Shown here: one piece after another, positions 57,700 to 64,000 of the stretch
Position numbering within the stretch: position 1 is the first letter of the stretch
Layout: the number at the start of each line of letters is the position of its first letter
Assembly (NCBI GenBank): GCA_964057225.1
Contig: OZ059898.1
Coordinates: 18,786,001 to 18,850,000 of the forward strand
From: Auanema rhodensis
Lineage: Eukaryota > Animalia > Nematoda
Direction: 5' to 3'
Length of the DNA: 64,000 bases
Position numbers and translations under genes: made by a program
The notes under the pieces: model-generated
Seen by the model: only the letters and a program-made list of their open reading frames with translations
What the model was told of the DNA's origin: nothing
Database searches by the model: none

Positions 57700-60600
57700 C
57701 CATAGTAGTCTAAAAACAAATTTTTATTGATATTGGTGCATGGTAACCATGACTTTGAAATTTACGTGAACTTTAATTTATGCTAATTAAGTGTACACGT
57801 GATGTGCACTTGGTATGTAACTCGCTTCACGTGAAAGATAAAGAGATGCGGTTTTCAAAATTAGATTCCGCATGTCCATAGTAGTCTAAAAACAAATTTT
57901 TATTGATATTGGTGCATGGTAACCATGACTTTGAAATTTACGTGAACTTTAATTTATGCTAATTAAGTGTACACGTGATGTGCACTTGGTATGTAACTCG
58001 CTTCACGTGAAAGATAAAGAGATGCGGTTTTCAAAATTAGATTCCCCATGTCCATATTAGTCTAAAAACATATTTTTATTGATATTGGTGCATGGTAACC
58101 ATGACTTTGAAATTTACGTGAATTTTAATTTATGCTAATTAAGTGTACACATGATGTGCACTTGGTATGTAACTCGCTTCACGTGAAAGATAAAGTGATG
58201 CGGTTTTCAAAATTAGATTCCGCATGTCCATATTAGTCTAAAAACAAATTTTTATTGATATTGGTGCATGGTAACCATGACTTTGAAATTTACGTGAACT
58301 TTAATTTATGCTAATTAAGTGTACACGTGATGTGCACTTGGTATGTAACTCGCTTCACGTGAAAGATAAAGAGATGCGGTTTCCAAATTAGATTCCCCAT
58401 GTCCATATTAGTCTAAAAACAAATTCTTATTGATATTGGTGCATGGTAACCATGACTTTAAAATTTACGTGTACTTTAATTTATGCTAATTAAGTGAACA
58501 CATGATGTGCACTTGGTATGTAAGTCGCTTCACGTGAAAGATAAAGAGATGCGGTTTTCAAAATTAGATTCCGCATGTCCATATTAGTCTAAAAACAAAT
58601 TTTTATTGATATATGTGCATGGTAAACATGACTTTGAAGTTTACGTGAACTTTAATTTATGCTAATTAAGTGTACACGTGATGTGCACTTGGTATGTAAC
58701 TCGCTTCACGTGAAAGATAAAGAGATGCGGTTTTCAAAATTAGATTCCCCATGTCCATATTAGTCTAAAATCAAATTTTTATTGATATTGGTGCATGGTA
58801 ACCATGACTTTGAAATTTACGTGAACTTTAATTTATGCTAATTAAGTGTACACGTGATGTGCACTTGGAATGTAACTCGCTTCACGTGAAAGATAAAGAG
58901 ATGCGGTTTTCAAAATTAGATTCCCCATGTCCATATTAGTCTAAAAACAAATTTTTATTGATATTGGTGCATGGTAACCATGACTTTGAAATTTACGTGA
59001 ACTTTAATTTATGCTAATTAAGTGTACACGTGATGTGCACTTGGTATGTAACTCGCTTCACGTGAAAGATAAAGAGATGCGGTTTTCAAAATTAGATTCC
59101 TCATGTTCATATTAGTCTAAAAACGAATTTTTATTGATATTGATGCATGGTAACCATGACTTTAAAATTTACGTGAACTTTAATTTATGCTAATTAAGTG
59201 TACACATGATGTGCACTTGGTATGTAACTCGCTTCACGTGAAAGATAAAGTGATGCGGTTTTCAAAATTAGATTCCGCATGTCCATATTAGTCTAAAAAC
59301 AAATTTTTATTGATATTGGTGCATGGTAACCATGACTTTGAAATTTACGTGAACTTTAATTTATGCTAATTAAGTGTACACGTGATGTGCACTTGGTATG
59401 TAAGTCGCTTCACGTGAAAGATAAAGAGATGCGGTTTTCAAAATTAGATTCCCCATGTCCATATTAGTCTAAAAACAAATTTTTATTGATATTGGTGCAT
59501 GGCAACCATGACTTTAAAATTTACGTGTACTTTAATTTATGCTAATTAAGTGTACACGTGATGTGCACTTGGAATGTAACTCGCTTCACGTGAAAGATAA
59601 ATGGATGCGGTTTTCAAAATTAGATTCCTCATGTTCATATTAGTCTAAAAACGAATTTTTATTGATATTGATGCATGGTAACCATGACTTTAAAATTTAC
59701 GTGAACTTTAATTTATGCTAATTAAGTGTACACATGATGTGCACTTTGTATGTAACTCGCTTCACGAGAAAGATAAAAAGATGCGGTTTTCAAAATTAGA
59801 TTCCCCATGTCCATATTAGTCTAAAAACAAATTTTTATTGATATTGGTGCATGGTAACCATGACTTTGAAATTAACGTGAACTTTAATTTATGCTAATTA
59901 AGTGTACACATGATGTGCACTTGGTATGTAACTCGCTTCACGAGAAAGATAAAAAGATGCGGTTTTCAAATTTAGATTTCGCGTGTCCATATTAGTCTAA
60001 AAACAAATTTTAATTGATATTGGTGCATGGTAACCATGACTTTGAAATTTACGTGAACTTTAATTTATGCTAATTAAGTGTACACGTGATGTGCACTTGG
60101 TATGTAACTCGCTTCACGTGAAAGATAAAGAGATGCGGTTTTCAAAATTAGATTCCTCATGTTCATATTAGTCTAAAAACGAATTTTTATTGATATTGAT
60201 GCATGGTAACCATGACTTTAAAATTTACGTGAACTTTAATTTATGCTAATTAAGTGTACACATGATGTGCACTTGGTATGTAACTCGCTTCACGTGAAAG
60301 ATAAAGAGATGCGGTTTTCAAAATTAGATTCCCCATGTCCATATTAGTCTAAAAACAAATTCTTATTGATATTGGTGCATGGTAACCATGACTTTGAAAT
60401 TTACGTGAACTTTAATTTATGCTAATTAAGTGTACATGTGATGTGCACTTGGTATGTAAGTCGCTTCACGTGAAAGATAAAGAGATGCGGTTTTCAAAAT
60501 TAGATTCCCCATGTCCATATTAGTCTAAAAACAAATTTTTATTGATATTGGTGCATGGTAACCATGACTTTGAAATTTACGTGAACTTTAATTTATGCTA

Positions 60601-63600
60601 ATTAAATGTACACGTGATGTGCACTTGGTATGTAACTCGCTTCACGTGAAAGATAAAGAGATGCGGTTTTCAAAATTAGATTCCCCATGTCCATAGTAGT
60701 CTAAAAACAAATTTTTATTGATATTGGTGCATGGTAACCATGACTTTGAAATTTACGTGAACTTTAATTTATGCTAATTAAGTGTACACGTGATGTGCAC
60801 TTGGTATGTAACTCGCTTCACGTGAAAGATAAAGAGATGCGGTTTTCAAAATTAGATTCCGCATGTCCATAGTAGTCTAAAAACAAATTTTTATTGATAT
60901 TGGTGCATGGTAACCATGACTTTGAAATTTACGTGAACTTTAATTTATGCTAATTAAGTGTACACGTGATGTGCACTTGGTATGTAACTCGCTTCACGTG
61001 AAAGATAAAGAGATGCGGTTTTCAAAATTAGATTCCCCATGTCCATATTAGTCTAAAAACATATTTTTATTGATATTGGTGCATGGTAACCATGACTTTG
61101 AAATTTACGTGAATTTTAATTTATGCTAATTAAGTGTACACATGATGTGCACTTGGTATGTAACTCGCTTCACGTGAAAGATAAAGTGATGCGGTTTTCA
61201 AAATTAGATTCCGCATGTCCATATTAGTCTAAAAACAAATTTTTATTGATATTGGTGCATGGTAACCATGACTTTGAAATTTACGTGAACTTTAATTTAT
61301 GCTAATTAAGTGTACACGTGATGTGCACTTGGTATGTAACTCGCTTCACGTGAAAGATAAAGAGATGCGGTTTTCAAAATTAGATTCCCCATGTCCATAT
61401 TAGTCTAAAAACAAATTTTTATTGATATTGGTGCATGGTAACCATGACTTTGAAATTTACGTGAACTTTAATTTATGCTAATTAAGTGTACACGTGATGT
61501 GCACTTGGTATGTAACTCGCTTCACGTGAAAGATAAAGAGATGCGGTTTCCAAATTAGATTCCCCATGTCCATATTAGTCTAAAAACAAATTCTTATTGA
61601 TATTGGTGCATGGTAACCATGACTTTAAAATTTACGTGTACTTTAATTTATGCTAATTAAGTGAACACATGATGTGCACTTGGTATGTAAGTCGCTTCAC
61701 GTGAAAGATAAAGAGATACGGTTTTCAAAATTAGATTCCGCATGTCCATATTAGTCTAAAAACAAATTTTTATTGATATATGTGCATGGTAAACATGACT
61801 TTGAAGTTTACGTGAACTTTAATTTATGCTAATTAAGTGTACACGTGATGTGCACTTGGTATGTAACTCGCTTCACGTGAAAGATAAAGAGATGCGGTTT
61901 TCAAAATTAGATTCCCCATGTCCATATTAGTCTAAAATCAAATTTTTATTGATATTGGTGCATGGTAACCATGACTTTGAAATTTACGTGAACTTTAATT
62001 TATGCTAATTAAGTGTACACGTGATGTGCACTTGGAATGTAACTCGCTTCACGTGAAAGATAAAGAGATGCGGTTTTCAAAATTAGATTCCCCATGTCCA
62101 TATTAGTCTAAAAACAAATTTTTATTGATATTGGTGCATGGTAACCATGACTTTGAAATTTACGTGAACTTTAATTTATGCTAATTAAGTGTACACGTGA
62201 TGTGCACTTGGTATGTAACTCGCTTCACGTGAAAGATAAAGAGATGCGGTTTTCAAAATTAGATTCCTCATGTTCATATTAGTCTAAAAACGAATTTTTA
62301 TTGATATTGATGCATGGTAACCATGACTTTAAAATTTACGTGAACTTTAATTTATGCTAATTAAGTGTACACATGATGTGCACTTGGTATGTAACTCGCT
62401 TCACGTGAAAGATAAAGTGATGCGGTTTTCAAAATTAGATTCCGCATGTCCATATTAGTCTAAAAACAAATTTTTATTGATATTGGTGCATGGTAACCAT
62501 GACTTTGAAATTTACGTGAACTTTAATTTATGCTAATTAAGTGTACACGTGATGTGCACTTGGTATGTAAGTCGCTTCACGTGAAAGATAAAGAGATGCG
62601 GTTTTCAAAATTAGATTCCCCATGTCCATATTAGTCTAAAAACAAATTTTTATTGATATTGGTGCATGGCAACCATGACTTTAAAATTTACGTGTACTTT
62701 AATTTATGCTAATTAAGTGTACACGTGATGTGCACTTGGAATGTAACTCGCTTCACGTGAAAGATAAATGGATGCGGTTTTCAAAATTAGATTCCTCATG
62801 TTCATATTAGTCTAAAAACGAATTTTTATTGATATTGATGCATGGTAACCATGACTTTAAAATTTACGTGAACTTTAATTTATGCTAATTAAGTGTACAC
62901 ATGATGTGCACTTTGTATGTAACTCGCTTCACGAGAAAGATAAAAAGATGCGGTTTTCAAAATTAGATTCCCCATGTCCATATTAGTCTAAAAACAAATT
63001 TTTATTGATATTGGTGCATGGTAACCATGACTTTGAAATTTACGTGAACTTTAATTTATGCTAATTAAGTGTACACATGATGTGCACTTGGTATGTAACT
63101 CGCTTCACGAGAAAGATAAAAAGATGCGGTTTTCAAATTTAGATTTCGCGTGTCCATATTAGTCTAAAAACAAATTTTAATTGATATTGGTGCATGGTAA
63201 CCATGACTTTGAAATTTACGTGAACTTTAATTTATGCTAATTAAGTGTACACGTGATGTGCACTTGGTATGTAACTCGCTTCACGTGAAAGATAAAGAGA
63301 TGCGGTTTTCAAAATTAGATTCCTCATGTTCATATTAGTCTAAAAACGAATTTTTATTGATATTGATGCATGGTAACCATGACTTTAAAATTTACGTGAA
63401 CTTTAATTTATGCTAATTAAGTGTACACATGATGTGCACTTGGTATGTAACTCGCTTCACGTGAAAGATAAAGAGATGCGGTTTTCAAAATTAGATTCCC
63501 CATGTCCATATTAGTCTAAAAACAAATTCTTATTGATATTGGTGCATGGTAACCATGACTTTGAAATTTACGTGAACTTTAATTTATGCTAATTAAGTGT

Positions 63601-63706
63601 ACATGTGATGTGCACTTGGTATGTAAGTCGCTTCACGTGAAAGATAAAGAGATGCGGTTTTCAAAATTAGATTCCCCATGTCCATATTAGTCTAAAAACA
63701 AATTTT
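57700..63706. repeat. Tandem duplication of a 17-monomer block (2991 bp, including a 1-bp deletion); copy 2 carries one extra monomer
   Basis: Offset 2991 for ATAGTAG 57705/60696 and 57881/60872 and for GAATTTT 58123/61114. Offset 3167 for the deletion 58383/61550, GAAGTTT 58639/61806, CACTTTGTA 59747/62914 and TACATGTG 60437/63604. Confidence 0.88.
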
Positions 63707-64000
63707 CATTGATATTGGTGCATGGCAAACATGACTTTAAAATTTACGTGTACTTTAATTTATGCTAATTAAGTGTACACGTGATGTGCACTTGGAATGT
63801 AACTCGCTTCACGTGAAAGATAAATGGATGCGGTTTTCAAAATTAGATTCCTCATGTTCATATTAGTCTAAAAACGAATTTTTATTGATATTGATGCATG
63901 GTAACCATGACTTTAAAATTTACGTGAACTTTAATTTATGCTAATTAAGTGTACACATGATGTGCACTTGGTATGTAACTCGCTTCACGTGAAAGATAAA

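Larger units (their letters stand above)
1..64000. repeat. 176-bp tandem satellite DNA array (~363.6 monomers, head-to-tail, uninterrupted); candidate centromeric/pericentromeric satellite
   Basis: TATTGGTGCATGG recurs at 1, 177, 353, ... 2641 (15x176), ... 32561 and 63361 (360x176+1). Monomers differ by only a few substitutions. The consensus is 58/176 GC. The array runs off both window edges. The centromeric role is inference only. Confidence 0.99.

Noticed and set aside
32717-61551. A conserved 18-mer HOR implied by both indel pairs being 18 monomers apart
   Set aside because: The two blocks share no marker order, and the second is a 17-mer plus one extra monomer, so the match is coincidental.
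1-64000. CRISPR array or repeat-spacer system
   Set aside because: There are no unique spacers. The entire 176 bp repeats with only SNP-level variation, and there are no cas genes or leader.
1-64000. Protein-coding repeat ORF
   Set aside because: 176 is not a multiple of 3, and each monomer has many TAA/TGA/TAG triplets on both strands (for example TTTAATTTATGCTAATTAA and TATTAGTCTAAA). Only trivial short ORFs are possible.
1-64000. Embedded transposon, inversion or telomeric repeat
   Set aside because: Monomer phase and orientation are continuous across the window apart from four 1-bp indels, leaving no room for an insertion.

Overview
The whole 64-kb window is one uninterrupted head-to-tail tandem satellite array, all in the same orientation. 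It contains about 363.6 copies of a 176-bp monomer that is about 33% GC. The consensus from position 1 is TATTGGTGCATGGTAACCATGACTTTGAAATTTACGTGAACTTTAATTTATGCTAATTAAGTGTACACRTGATGTGCACTTGGTATGTAACTCGCTTCACGTGAAAGATAAAGAGATGCGGTTTTCAAAATTAGATTCCCCATGTCCATATTAGTCTAAAAACAAATTTTTATTGA. I found no genes, RNA genes, transposons, CRISPR spacers or inversions. The monomer length, AT-richness and homogeneity fit a eukaryotic centromeric or pericentromeric satellite. That is inference: I do not recognise the family or the species. The interesting content is the internal architecture. Diagnostic SNPs reveal nested, variable-period tandem duplications (4-, 5-, 7-, 8-, 9-, 14-, 15-, 17/18- and 42-mers) rather than one fixed higher-order repeat (HOR), and variant alleles turn over from left to right. 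I saw only four 1-bp indels, which are two events each duplicated once. A 6-SNP monomer subfamily has recombinant derivatives. The monomer is packed with dyad symmetries and E-box-like motifs, and several variants perfect a quasi-palindrome. All alignments were done by eye using marker SNPs, so block boundaries are approximate.
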